From Pseudovirgaria hyperparasitica (lineage: Eukaryota), in the NCBI GenBank assembly GCA_010093815.1, contig ML996600.1: a DNA stretch of 32,179 nucleotides. One strand, given 5' to 3'. The notes beneath the pieces are model-generated. The model ran no database searches. It was not told where the DNA came from and saw nothing but the letters and a program-made list of their open reading frames with translations. Both the position numbers and the translations under genes were made by a program. This document shows, piece by piece, positions 11,381-23,400 of this stretch; position 1 is the first letter of the stretch; every line of letters starts with the position of its first letter.

Positions 11381-14300
11381 AGACCAGCGAGGTTGACCAG
11401 GACTGGGCATAAACTGGTAGCTTATGTCTTTGTCGCCGAACATGACCTTGAAGACCGATCTGACAATCCTTGTGTGTTAATAAGTGGGTGAGATTGCGGG
11501 GCAAGAGGATGTCGTGTATATGTCTGCATAGGCCTCTTAGCTATCGAGAAGGGATGCGACGGGGGCAAATTTAATCACCTGGAATTTGTGGGGCGCTACC
11601 GGTCTATCTTCCAATAGCTCGCTGAGTGTACACGTACGTAGCGAGTAGTGCGTACGGTTATATTGGCCCAGCCAGTTCTGTATCCTCTGATCACGGAGGA
11701 GTGGTCCCTTTAGAAGGTATGATGACCGTCGAGGGCTCGGATGTGCGGCTACTTCGTACGTAGCTCTAGGCTCTTTGAGCTGTGAATGGCTCTGCCTAGA
11801 TACTGGTATCTTTCGTTTGATACTGGTGGACCTGCCGCTCCTTAAAATCATCACGATATATAGTTCGTCCACAACAGTGGCATAATGTGAGACTTAATAT
11901 AATACTCTGTTCAGGGAGATATCTTTTTAACACAGGCACGTGAATTCTAGACGCGCGCGAGAGCAACACATCTAGATATCTCAATCTATTTTCGTTCTTC
12001 CGCACCAAGCCCAGCCAACTCGGCATCTCCGCCTGCATCAGGTGGCCAATGGAATCTCATGGGATCAAAACTACGGCTGAGTTGCAGGCATTCGACCCCT
12101 TAGTCTCGCCCTAGATCTTTTGGGTACCAAGTTTCAATGGTGCGCATCTACAAGTCCGCTGAAATCTCGAATCTTTCGAGTCCGGGCACAGGTATATTCC
12201 ATCCCAACAGGTCGTCCAACTCTGCCTGCTTTGCGCGTGCATCCCAGATACCGACCACACACTGCGCTATGCTAGAAGGTCGGCTTCTTTTCAATTCGCT
12301 CCCCGATCAAGCCACCTCGCCGGGTCGGCTTTGCTAGCCAGTGACCTACTCTTGTCTAACGTCTTTGAAGGGGGGAGATCTACAACAGCTCTTGATGCCT
12401 CTCATACATTAATTACAGCAACGCCAATACTGTCATGGCTCGGCGAGACTATGAGTCTGACGAGAATCACGACATAGGATAACATGCTTATGTTCGCGTG
12501 GCCGATAATCCTCTGGACGCATATTAATCGAGTACCCACGGTCTATAAATCTTCACGAGACTTTGGTCATGACACTTACGTTGTCTTGCGAATATTGTCG
12601 GTAGGTCAGGCTAGATCTGCAGACCTTCTCGATGTTAACTAAGTCATAGCGCTCGAAAACAGAAGTGCAGTCCAGAGCAACCGCAATGTGCAGCATGCCT
12701 TAAAATTCAAAAGAAGTGCACTTATCTTGGACGTAAAAGGTATCAACGCAAAAGGGTTTCACATTCCCATGTTCTCGACTACCCTTGGCAATCTTCATCG
12801 GAGCTATACTTTATAGCTCGGAATCCGAAAGGGCGGATGCCCGCACCATACCGTCCGGAACTCTTATCGATGAATACGTAGGTAGGAAAGGAAGTAAAGA
12901 TCGAAAGTAAGATTACTTCCAAGGAGTATCTGGCATACTTACGACCTGGCTGGGGTATCGATACCGAAGACTCAAAACATCCCAGCAGGGAAATCAATCA
13001 CTCGTGTGCACCGAATTGCGCACTCAAAAAGAAGCAAGTGCTCGGAGAAGAGTGTCTAGCGAGGTACTAGAGAAGAGCAGAAGCATCCCTGGCGACGAGC
13101 ATCCGGACACGCTGTAAATTATCAGACGGCAACCCTGCATCCGGAAAGGGACGCACCTCATTCGGGTAACCCGGGGCCTCGCTTATGGTTTCGCCTCTAC
13201 GCCCGAATAGGCAATCGACCTCAACGTTTACCATAAAAACGCCCTCCCTCTCACCGTCATCGTTTTTCCTTCTCAGCCTTTTCTCTCTATTCCTATCCCT
13301 CCGTCCATGCCCCTCTCACCTGCTCCAACTGCTCTCATTGGGCCTCAACGAATCCTCCATCAGGCATTTTTGCAAACCCCGCCGCCGCCTCATCGCCGCA
13401 CTGCCTCCTTTCGCCCTATCATTTCACTCCTATTCAGGCACTGATGTCCAGCTTTTCGTGCCATGACGATTGCGGATGCGGAAAGTAAGTTTCAGCTCAC
13501 ATTCGCACTCGTTCAGCGGCCCCTCTGCTTTCTATTACTATGGCTCTCGTACGTACACTCTCGCTGTTCGTTTTTCTTCGCTGCATGCTCTCCTCCTTCT
13601 CTCGCTAAATGCTTGCTCACCTCTCGCCAGTGACGGCTACAGTTAAGGGGCGAAGCGCTCTACCCGCTGCATAGCCATACCCGTATGCGGTCTTACGAAA
13701 CCTTTTCCCTGCTCCGGGCTTGCCGATAGTGTTTCCTGCACCCTTTCCTATCCCTATTTTGAGCGAGCAAATGCGTGGCTCACACGCTATCGTCTCAGCC
13801 CTGGCACGGCTACATTGCGCCCCGCCCCTTCAGTCGAATACGCAGAACCAATCCTTCAGGCAGTGACGTGGACATTCACATGCATGGCACACTGATCAGC
13901 ATGATACTCCACCTCGCATGATGCATACGGTGTTGTAACATTAAAATGCAACCAAAAGGGGGCCGACACCTGAAATCTGCCAGCTGATAGCTCGGGGATG
14001 GCCGCAGGCGTGCCACAAAAGGCAAACGAAGTTCCGAAGTCCAGTCACCGGACCATGAAGCGCCGTCGACGGATACCACAGATTCATGGGTTATTTGGCA
14101 CAGACTCATCTTATGGGAGAGGGTGCTTGACGATCGAAGAAGAAGCTAGCGATCGGTGGTTTCATTCGAGGTGATATGGACACCTGGACAGCTGAAAGAC
14201 GCCCAAGGCGCCTAAGACCAGGTCACAGTGACTGTTTTCTAACCAATCGCTGGATGAGCTAGGCTGATTTTTGATACTACGAGTCCATCTACGCCGCTTG

Positions 14301-14561
14301 GTAGCGTGATACGAGTGTCTTTTCAAGGCGCTGGTGCTGACAAGCATTGAGCCCGCCCGCCTGCCCCTGCAGAGAGTGCCTTGCGTTGCTCGCTACGCCC
14401 CTTACAGTCATTTCCACAATAGATGCGGTATTAATGCAGGTTCCTTATTCTTAGGCAACCATGTCGACCGCAACATATAAAGCGACGCCGCTCAGTCTGG
14501 GGAGAGGATTACTCGTTCAGACTCCTCGTAGTTAGAGAAGTTACTAGATCGCCACTTCACA

Positions 14562-15330
14562 ATGGCGTCTTCTTGCAGCATCTCTTTATTAGCCCCTTCG
14601 TTTCCTATAAAAATTGTTCCTTACGATCCTTTAGCGCCCAAGCCCAACCCGAAATCCAAGAGCAAAGCAAAGGCGAAAATCAAGACAGCCGAGCACAACC
14701 ATTCCGAAACCGTCTCCTTTAAAGACCGTGGAGAGTGGTTTGATATCGACGATTTCCCAATGCCAGATTCCAATGCATCGCTCTCTCTTAATCCAGGAGT
14801 GCACCCTCGGTTCGAAGTTGCAGTCCCTTCCGGCTCGCCACATCAAGGTATTACTCACCCACTGAACGTTACAAGCCGATAGAACTCCGCTAATATATGG
14901 ACGTAGATGTCGTCGGTGGAGTTGGCGCTGCCTTCTTACCGGACGAGCCAGAGCACTGCCAGTCCGGCCAGGAATCACTTGACGATGGAGGGACAGGCAA
15001 CGCTACTGATGTCACGAAGACGAATTCGGCTACAAACGAGTTGCTTGGACGCAGCCCAGGTAAGTATATGGGTAGATCGTGGTGCCCATTTACTGATTAG
15101 CGATAGAATTTCCATTAAATTTAGAGGGTGACGTAGCCGAAGATCACAGTATAATGCACGTTGAGCCCAGCGACAGAGCGTCAGACTACCAAGCGAACGG
15201 TTACAACGAGGCTGCTGGCACTGAAGGATACCATGCCATACAGTATAGCGATCCCGACACAGTTGGCATGCGCGCTCTCTCCGTAGAGGATATGGAAGTT
15301 GTGCGTCATAGTGAGTAATATCCTAGTAGA
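14562..15330 (+). other. Probable upstream exons (possibly disrupted) of the Myb-domain gene
   Basis: ATG 14562 has a good context (CACAATGG) after a TATA-like CATATAAA (~14474). Splice donors GTAAGT at 15060 and GTGAGT at 15311 are present, but a stop at 14880-14882 and a frame change prevent a clean model. Confidence 0.3.
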
Positions 15331-15479
15331 ATTAAGGAGCCCATTTTGACGTCTTCAAAGAGAGACCACCAGCCGAGGATGAACCACTCTTTAGCGATAT
15401 TGGCGTAACAAGCGGACCGCCAATAATACGCAAACGAACGCACTCTTTATCTACTGATACGATAATCTCCCCAGCAGAA

Positions 15480-16691
15480 GTGGTGGATCTTACGTCGAAA
15501 CCGGAGCTGGAAGAACGTCGTTTAGCGAAGCGGCGAAGGCTGGCTAAGCAGCGGGTAGAGAACCTCATACTCGATCCTGTATCCATGCCCAAGTCAACGC
15601 CTTTGCCAAGCCCTAGCAGCCAAGTTCCCTCTCCTAGAGCCAGCAACGGTCCTAGACCTGATTTTCCAGAGTGTAACGACAAAGGCGATGGTGCTGAATC
15701 CCCAGGCCTTTACTCCTCAAGACAATCCATCTCTCCTTTTGAAGGAACAGTGAGCGAACAAGATATCAATCCGGATTCAGACAGGCGTGAGAAGAGTAGA
15801 AAAGGCAGACGTAGTGAAGTTGGGGAAAGCCATAGGGACGAACTCAATCAGGTCGACGTGTCCTACGGAGCTTCAGCGACACCTCCTCAGCGACATAACC
15901 CTAGCAATCGTTCGGTCCAGGAGAGACCGCGCGGTCGACCACAGACTCATCTTAAACCACAGAATGGGAGCACAGTCTTTAGGAAGACATCACGACAACT
16001 AACATCACCCCCATCACAACAGCTATCTGGGCCAAGAGCGGATAGCACAGCACGGATCAGTCGGATCGGTCCCCCGCGAACCTTTTCCACAGGAGCAAAG
16101 GCAGCATATGATTCTAGTATCTACCGCGGAACCAGCGACTACGAGTTAATGGATATTGCGCATTACTATTGCGACGTACCGAATGACTCGCCTATTATTA
16201 CAGCAACCGTCTATTGTGCCGACGTAATGTCAGCATTGTATGCAAAGTCATCAGCGCTTAGATGGAACTTGCTTGGTAACAAAGGCGAAGTCATCCGAAC
16301 GATTAAGTTATCATCAGATTCATGGTTGGTAATAGGATACCGGCATGACGATTGCGGTGCGCCAAAATTATGTAGCGGTCGAGGCTCGATGCAGCGAAGC
16401 ACGGATAGGGAGACTGGCCGCCACAGTAATGCCATCAACTATGACGCCGTCCATCCAGAAACATACGGAAACGAGAAGTACGAGGATGAAGATGAAGACG
16501 TGAGCGACAATGGCTATATGCTCTCAGGCAAACGAACACATGTACCGTGGAAAGAGTCGGACGGACAGCGCTTACTGTCGTACAAGGACAAGATGGGCTT
16601 GGACTGGGATGACATAGTTTTTCGTTTCCCAGGTCGGTCGGTGGGCGCCGTAAAACTCCGCTACTACACATTGCACAAGAAGGATTCGTAA
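15480..16691 (+). CDS. Last exon of a low-complexity protein with a C-terminal Myb/SANT domain
   Basis: 403-codon open frame ending in KRTHVPWKESDGQRLLSYKDKMGLDWDDIVFRFPGRSVGAVKLRYYTL (W...L...W..I...FPGRS...K.RY, the Myb/SANT signature), preceded by an acidic patch. Confidence 0.75.
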   Translation: MVDLTSKPELEERRLAKRRRLAKQRVENLILDPVSMPKSTPLPSPSSQVPSPRASNGPRPDFPECNDKGDGAESPGLYSSRQSISPFEGTVSEQDINPDSDRREKSRKGRRSEVGESHRDELNQVDVSYGASATPPQRHNPSNRSVQERPRGRPQTHLKPQNGSTVFRKTSRQLTSPPSQQLSGPRADSTARISRIGPPRTFSTGAKAAYDSSIYRGTSDYELMDIAHYYCDVPNDSPIITATVYCADVMSALYAKSSALRWNLLGNKGEVIRTIKLSSDSWLVIGYRHDDCGAPKLCSGRGSMQRSTDRETGRHSNAINYDAVHPETYGNEKYEDEDEDVSDNGYMLSGKRTHVPWKESDGQRLLSYKDKMGLDWDDIVFRFPGRSVGAVKLRYYTLHKKDS

Positions 16692-17536
16692 GGCTATTGC
16701 GATGTCCTCGACCTACCACTTCCCACCAAGATCGAACTCTCGCCTTGTTGAGGTTGGAGCATTTACGGGTGAAAAGGAGCGTACGGTGGATGCTAAGCTT
16801 TGCTATCTCGTTTTTACTAGATTATGCATAGACTTGGCGCAAAGAGTTATATAACTCCGTCCCACTTCGTCGCTCGTCTCTCTTCAGGTTATGTCGATTT
16901 TGATTAGTTTCAATAGTCGGGCATCTTCACGGTGCTGCCATCTGCCTCTAGGGATTCCTGCTTGAGATCTGGACTTCTTTCTATAGCCTTTTGTGGCATG
17001 ATGCAAATCCCTGGAAATGTTAGGCAAAGCTCGGCTACCAGAAGTTCTATGAATAACGGAGGTCCCGATTCCAGACCCCTGAGGGTGCCAACGGGGTCCG
17101 AAACCGGCCCCGATGCCTAGTCATCCCCTGTCATCGTTTAGTATCTATAGCTTAGTATGGCAGTTGTTCGCTCCTCTACCAACAGGAACTGTTTCTGTAA
17201 GTCGAGCACTCTCCCCATAATACCGCCGAGGATGCGAACGTGAAAGGTTCTTGTGGAAGCACAACGGCTCTGGAGCCATCACTTGCAACTGCATTGAAAA
17301 AGTTTCTTCTCTGTCAAAGCGCCCGCGCCTGCCATTGCCTGACAGCTGCTTTAAAACGACCTTGCGGCGCCAAGTAATGCGTAGAGCTAAATTTAGTCGA
17401 TGAATCAGACTAATCAGCGCTCGTTTACTGGCGCCGATAGAAGTGTGCTCGCCATCTGGGCCAATAAGGCTTGCGGGAATAACGTCGATACTAATCATCA
17501 GCCTTGGCGTCAAGTGCTGTTAGTCCCTATCCTCCA

Positions 17537-17668
17537 TGTAGGAATTTAGGTAGATTTTACGTGGTAAACTTGATTGCCCGTTCTATCTAGTCTACTTATC
17601 TACTATATATACCTAGCCTACGCTGAGTAAGATTTGAGTAATGGGGATTACCTAATATGAATCCCACA
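17537..17668 (-). repeat. 3' LTR (132 bp)
   Basis: TGTAGGAAT...ATCCCACA on the plus strand, identical to 26612-26743 except C17651 vs T26726. It is adjacent to the PPT. Confidence 0.97.
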
Positions 17669-17680
17669 TCTTCCCCCTCC
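17669..17680 (-). other. Polypurine tract
   Basis: Minus-strand GGAGGGGGAAGA lies immediately 5' of the 3' LTR. Confidence 0.9.
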
Positions 17681-17936
17681 TGATTATACGAGCTCCTGCG
17701 AGGCGTCAAAGACGATTGACGGAGTCTAACTCATATAATAAAGAGAGGTAGGCGTGTAAAATCTCTTCAACGCTAGGCCATATCCAGTAACACGTCGCGT
17801 AAGGGGGGGTGGTCCGAGCTTGTTTTGGCGCTGAATAGTCACCTTCACCATTGACGTATCCTGCCAACTTCAACCTCACATTACTTGACCATTTCGCCTT
17901 TTTCTTGACCTTTTTCTATACCAAACTCGTTTGACA

Positions 17937-20179
17937 ATGTCTGAAAACACTGCTGAAACTCCTGCGCGCTCAGAAATTACCCCAATTGATGTTGTGATCT
18001 CAGGTATGTGAACTTCAGCTTCACCTTTTCTTTTTAACTTGACCTTCCTACAGCGGACATGGTTATAAATGATGACCTTCGTCATGCCTTTTCGCGAGGT
18101 GGGATAGACGAGAGGTCGCTTGACGACATGATGGCAGAACATGCCCGCGCTCCCGATAGTAGGTCAAGTTCTTTAGTAGTTCTAGCCTAGGCTGACCTAT
18201 ACAGTTCGTGAGAGCTATTTAGAGATGGCTCATGGCTACCTGTATCCACGGGGTCCTTGGGGTTCGCCATTTTTCCGCAATCCAGGCCTAGAAAACGAGG
18301 CTTCGAATCAACTGAATGAAGAGAACAACCAGGCCCTTGGAGCTGAGGTTCCACAGGTTAAGATCTTGGTCCCTGTGATTCCGCAGGAGTTGGCAATCGC
18401 CATTGACGAGACTGTTCCTGAAACAGAAGGTAGTTTCGCTCAGTCCTTCTCTTTTCAAAAACTTTATTAACCTGTGTGGTTCCTATAGGTCAAGTTATAG
18501 ATCACGATTCTGCGCCAACTGATCTTGACGAGCCTTTTGAAACTCCTACCAAGCCTAACAGGTTCGAGAATCTTTCAGATGACTCTGACGATGTCTTTGA
18601 TCCTGAAAAGGAAGGAGCTTTGAGCTCTGGGCTATCAGACCTTGACAGCGATGCGATAATGGAAATTGACGAGCTTGATGAAGCAGTTGCTCTCAAGGCA
18701 GGCAAGAAAGGTGAATCTCTAAGCCTTAATTGGGTTTTCAATTTCCTAATATCATCATAGGCCTTCGTCCTAAGGCACCTAGGACTCCTAAGAAGGTCCG
18801 CAAGGCCGTGAGGACTCTGTCAAAGTTGTTTGACAGCCCTAAAACTCGCTCCATGACTTCCTCATTGGCCTTAACAGGTCTCGGAAGTCCTAGCAAGATC
18901 GTGAAGAAGGCTCCTATCAAGCGTAAGGGGTCTGCAGCTTCTCGCAAGGTCAGCGCGGCATCAGAGACTGCGGCAACTGAACTTGACAGCTATGGCGGTG
19001 CCGAGATCATGGTGAAAGGCCGGTCAGGCCTCAGTGTTCATCCTGACTACTACTTCTTTTCGGGGAAATCGGCAGAGTTCGCGCAGTGGTTGGCCCGTCG
19101 GCGTAGGTCTTCTTCCTGTTAATTGCCTTTGACGGTCAGCTAACTTGACCTAGGGGAGATGTTCTCGGATCCTCCCATCTCAGTGCCGTTCTGCCAGGAA
19201 TTCGTTGATGGCTTGATCAAGGCGTATACTGGCGGTCAACATGCCTCGATTCCGAAGGATCTGCTTCCGTTTTGTATGACGGATAAGTTTGATGACTGCT
19301 GCTATCCCCAGGATATCGCAGCAACAGTAGGACAGATCTTTCGGGATCCCGAGAAACGACTGGATGGGAAGTATCCGTATACCATTCCTGCCGTCCTAGG
19401 CATGATGGCTCGTGGCGCGTTCTGGCACTTCGGTGATAGCGCCTGTGGATCCTGTTCTGCCGGCAAAGGTGTCTTCAAGGAGTGTGTGCAGCTTTTTCCC
19501 AATGGGTTCCTACTGTTTGAAGGTACTTGTTTGAATTGTTTCCACCAAGGAAATGGGAAATTCTGCAGCATGTCACGTCGTAAGTCACTCCCTTATGTTG
19601 TCAAAGGCCTTTGACGGGGCTAATTGTGTATCCACAGTATACCGGGGCGAGCGTAACGTCATTGAGAAGCTTCAGCGTGCCGAACAGTCTTCTTTTGTGG
19701 AAAAGACCAAGTCCACTGGCAGGTATTCGGCTGCCCAGCTTCGTCAAAAGAAGTTGTCAGGTCTCAAGGAGACCAGGTCAAACTCTGCGGCTGGTCCTTC
19801 GCTCGTGAGTCAGGTTTTCTATCTCGTGTAATCTCTAGCTAATTAAAAGGTCACAGCCATGATAGAATGGATGTATCACGGCGGTCCAGAGGTTCTCGTT
19901 CCTGGCTATGATGATATCATGCCTCCCGACCCGAGTATCATCCCCACTCGTCCTATACAGGACATAGATGACGAAGGTCTTCCGCTTGACGAGGCTGTTG
20001 AGGGTTGGTTTGCTCTTCCGACAAACGCGTTTGGCGAGGCTGGTCGTACGCCTCAAGGGTTGCCATGCCGGTTCCTGATCGAGGATGGCATGCCCAAGGA
20101 GAGTAAGAAGGTCCTGGTGAAGTTCGCGAAGAATATGAACTTCAGTCGTCGTAAATCCGCTTTGAGGGTCCAGGGCTAG
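17937..20179 (+). CDS. Antisense accessory gene inside the retrotransposon, 8 predicted exons, ~627 aa, with a Cys-rich DUF3716-like module
   Basis: Predicted exons are 17937-18003, 18054-18158, 18205-18429, 18489-18710, 18761-19102, 19154-19579, 19638-19804 and 19850-20179. Introns are 45-59 nt GT-AG, most with GCTRAY/CCTAAT-type branch points, and they join the six short plus-strand ORFs into one frame. Exon 6 has ACGSCSAGKGVFKECV...GTCLNCFHQGNGKFCS. Intron 7 boundaries are ambiguous. Confidence 0.85.
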
Positions 20180-20448
20180 GTCGACGACGTCTCTTTTGTG
20201 TTGATACCCCTTCTCCTTGAGCGTCAAAGGGCGTTGACGGCTTTTCTTTTGTGTCTGGTTGGGTTGCGGTTCTTAGGTAGCGATTTTAGACTTGAATAGT
20301 ATCATCACAAGTCCACATCTTCTTTCTTTGACCTCCTGGTGATTCCTATGGCTCGTCAACCTTCGTTGACGGCCATGTGTATGAGTAATGAGTGAATGGG
20401 AGATCAATAATGGTGTGTACATAGGAGATATTCAAGGAAAGACTGAGG

Positions 20449-23400
20449 TTAGTTGTAATCTAAGCTTTCTTGTAACAACTTAGAAGGTAATATCTTTTTC
20501 CTTAGGGAGTACCTCTCTCCCTCTGATCTGTCAACTCGTCTTGACGCGCTGGCTACAGCCGCTTGGGTTTCTCTATTGCGTTCATCCGTATAGGATCGCT
20601 TTCTTTTCCGCATATGAGGTTTGCTTTCTACAAGGTCCCTTATAGGGACGTCCGAGTCTATTAGAGGTTGTTCGGTCACTTCGTCAACCTCTTTTGGCAC
20701 TTCTTCAGTGTCTGTATCTATATCCATACTCGTAGGATTCTCATTTTCAGTTTGGACATTCTTGTCTAAGTCCATTCGTATATCATCAAACTCGTCTCCT
20801 GAGCTTGTTTCTTCAGGCAATTCATCCTGTATCGGTTCTGCAGTGGCTTCCTCTGCCATGTCAATCTCGTTTGACGGGTCATCTGCTGTATTCTCGTTTA
20901 TCGTTTGGGCTTCCTCTGCCCTTGGAGCATCGTAGCTTCTTTCGATGTTGACTATCGGCGGTTGCATCGCTCCGCTGTTCTCACCTTGTTCTTCCGGTGT
21001 GTCTCTTGGTTCGTCAAAGACGATTGGCACTGGTGCGGCCGACGTAGCTGTAGTAGCTTTTTGTTTACGTCGATTTTTCGCATCGGTAAGCCTGATTTGT
21101 CGCGCGATATTTGCGTCTATCGAGCTCTCCCCTACCAAGAACGAACGTACGCCCTCGTACGTCAACTCTCGTTGACTCCGTAGCTGTTGCAGCCGGTTCC
21201 ACTCCTTTTTAGGAAGGGAGGATAGAGTCGTCCAGTGTAGGGTCGGTTTTTCTTTCTCTAAAACCTTCTCGATGTCTGGTGAGTGAGGTGCCACTTGGTT
21301 CCGGATTTCCTCGGACATCTGTGAGTCAATTTCCTGTCTAGTCCAGAAGTCCTCTAGCTTGTCAATGCCCCGGGCTGTTATTAATCTATTGCCGTGTACA
21401 AGGTGCCGTAAGATACGCCCGTTCGGTGTTTCGAGGGCATATGTTCCCAAAGGATGTTGCATGTGAACCTTGTATGGACCTAAGTAGTTCGTTTTGAACT
21501 TCGTTTTCTGCTCGTTCTTTAGCAAAACGATTTGACCGACAGGTAGTCGCGCCTGATCTTCAGGTTTGAGTCGAGTCGGGTCTATGAGGTCTCGGCGGGC
21601 GGCTTCCACAAGCAGCTCACTAAGCGCTAGTGTTCTGGCGTGTTGGACTTTCTTGACTCGCTTGATGAGTTCGTCAAAGGACATTGACTCATCCTTTTCC
21701 CCAGGAATGTTCCCTGGTAAGTTGGGGTGTTGTCCATACACCAGATAATATGGACTAACTCCCATACTTCTATGACGGCGAATCCTTGTGGCGAAAACGG
21801 CGGCTGGTAGGTACGTGTCCCAGTTTGTCACCAGCTCGCCTATACACATACGGGTAAGTATGCCTCCTAATGTTCCATTGAGGCGCTCGACTTTCCCGTT
21901 TGTGCGAGGGTGATAAGGGGTTGTGAGCTTGTGTTCTGTCTTGAGGATGCGTAGCAATGCGCCAACGACTCTTGACAGAAACTGTTGACCATTGTCTGAG
22001 GTTAGTGCGGCGGGAGGTCCGAAGTCTATGAAGATCTTCTCATAAATGAACCTTGCGACGGACTCCGCAGTCGCCTCAGGGACTGCCTGTGCAATAGGCC
22101 ATCCCGTTGTGTAGTCAATTGCTGTTATCACCCAGCTATTGCCGTTGTGTGTGGTGGGGAGTACGCCTATAAAGTCGATACCCCATTCTTCAAAGGGTGC
22201 TCGGCGTGCGACCCTATGAAACTGTCTCTCATGTTGTGGATTTGGTGGCACTCGTTGCGCCAATTGACATTGACGGCAGTTGCGAGCGACCACTTCCACG
22301 TCTTTCTTCATTCTAAACCACCAGCCTTGTTTTTCTAGGGCTCCTAGTAGTCCGGGCCACATGAAGTGACCGAATTGACGGTGTATTGTTTCTACCAGCG
22401 AAGTACGGTATTGTTCGGGGATGTACGGCGCTGAGTTTTCCGACAAATCTTCTTGACTATCATCAAAATCCCATAGCTTGTGTCGTAGTTTACCTTCGTG
22501 GTCCAGGCGTAGCCGGGACAGGATTTCGGGGGAGACTTTTAGCACATGCTCTGTCGGTTCCGCTCCTTTAAGGAACTCAATGATTTGGGCGACGAGAGTG
22601 TGTTCGTCAACCTTAGTTGACGGCATTGCGGAGATCTCGCCTTGAAAGTCCGGCCTCCTACTGATGGCGTCAGGTACCACTGCCCTGGATCCTGGGCGAT
22701 ATTTTATGTCTAGATCGAAGCTTCCGAACTCATCAATCCATCTACCTACACGGCCTCCTTGTTCCTTGGCAGTCTTGAGGAACTGTAGGCTATGGTGGTC
22801 GGTGAGGATCGTGGTCTTCTTCGTTCCTAGCAAGTATCCCCAAGTGCGTAGGGCGTGTTTGATGGCAAGAAGTTCTTTTTCGTGCACTGGGTAGTTGAGC
22901 TCGGCGCCGTTGAGCTTCCTCCCGTCAAACGCGATTGGCTGATTCTGCTTGTCGGCGTCTTCCTGGCAGATCACCATACCGATCGCGTAGTTGCTCGCAT
23001 CCGTTTCGATGCAGAAGGGCTTTGTTTCATCTGGCTGAGCCAGGACTGGCTCGGAACATAGGGCATTCTTAAGCGTTTTGAAGGCAAACGCTGTTGACAG
23101 TGTCCATCTAATGGGCCTATACTTCTGCTTTCGAATGAGCGGGTCTGCTTCTTTAAGAAGGTCTGTCAAAGGTGCCGCGATGCTTGTAAATCCCCTAATG
23201 TACCTTCGGTAGTAGTTCGCTAGGCCCAAGAACTGTCGAACTTCGCTAACGTTCGTAGGTTCCGGCCATTCGCGGATGGCCTGAATCTTATCCTTCATAG
23301 GACGGAGTTGTCCTCGCGAGACGTGGTGTCCGCAGAAGTCAACTTCGGCCTGGCCGAAGCTACACTTCTCCGGATTGGCGAGCAGGCGATATTCGCGGAG

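Noticed and set aside
11400..14500. Short ORFs and the CT-rich tract near 13240-13430
   Set aside because: No recognisable domains. The pyrimidine tract looks like promoter or 5' UTR sequence, but I could not link it to a gene model.
18225..20179. Six separate small plus-strand genes, as the ORF track suggests
   Set aside because: The ORF boundaries coincide with GT-AG introns that join them in frame, so they are exons of one gene.
17681..20448. env-like third ORF of the retrotransposon
   Set aside because: There is no long ORF on the gag-pol strand. The coding signal is antisense and spliced, with no signal peptide or transmembrane helix.
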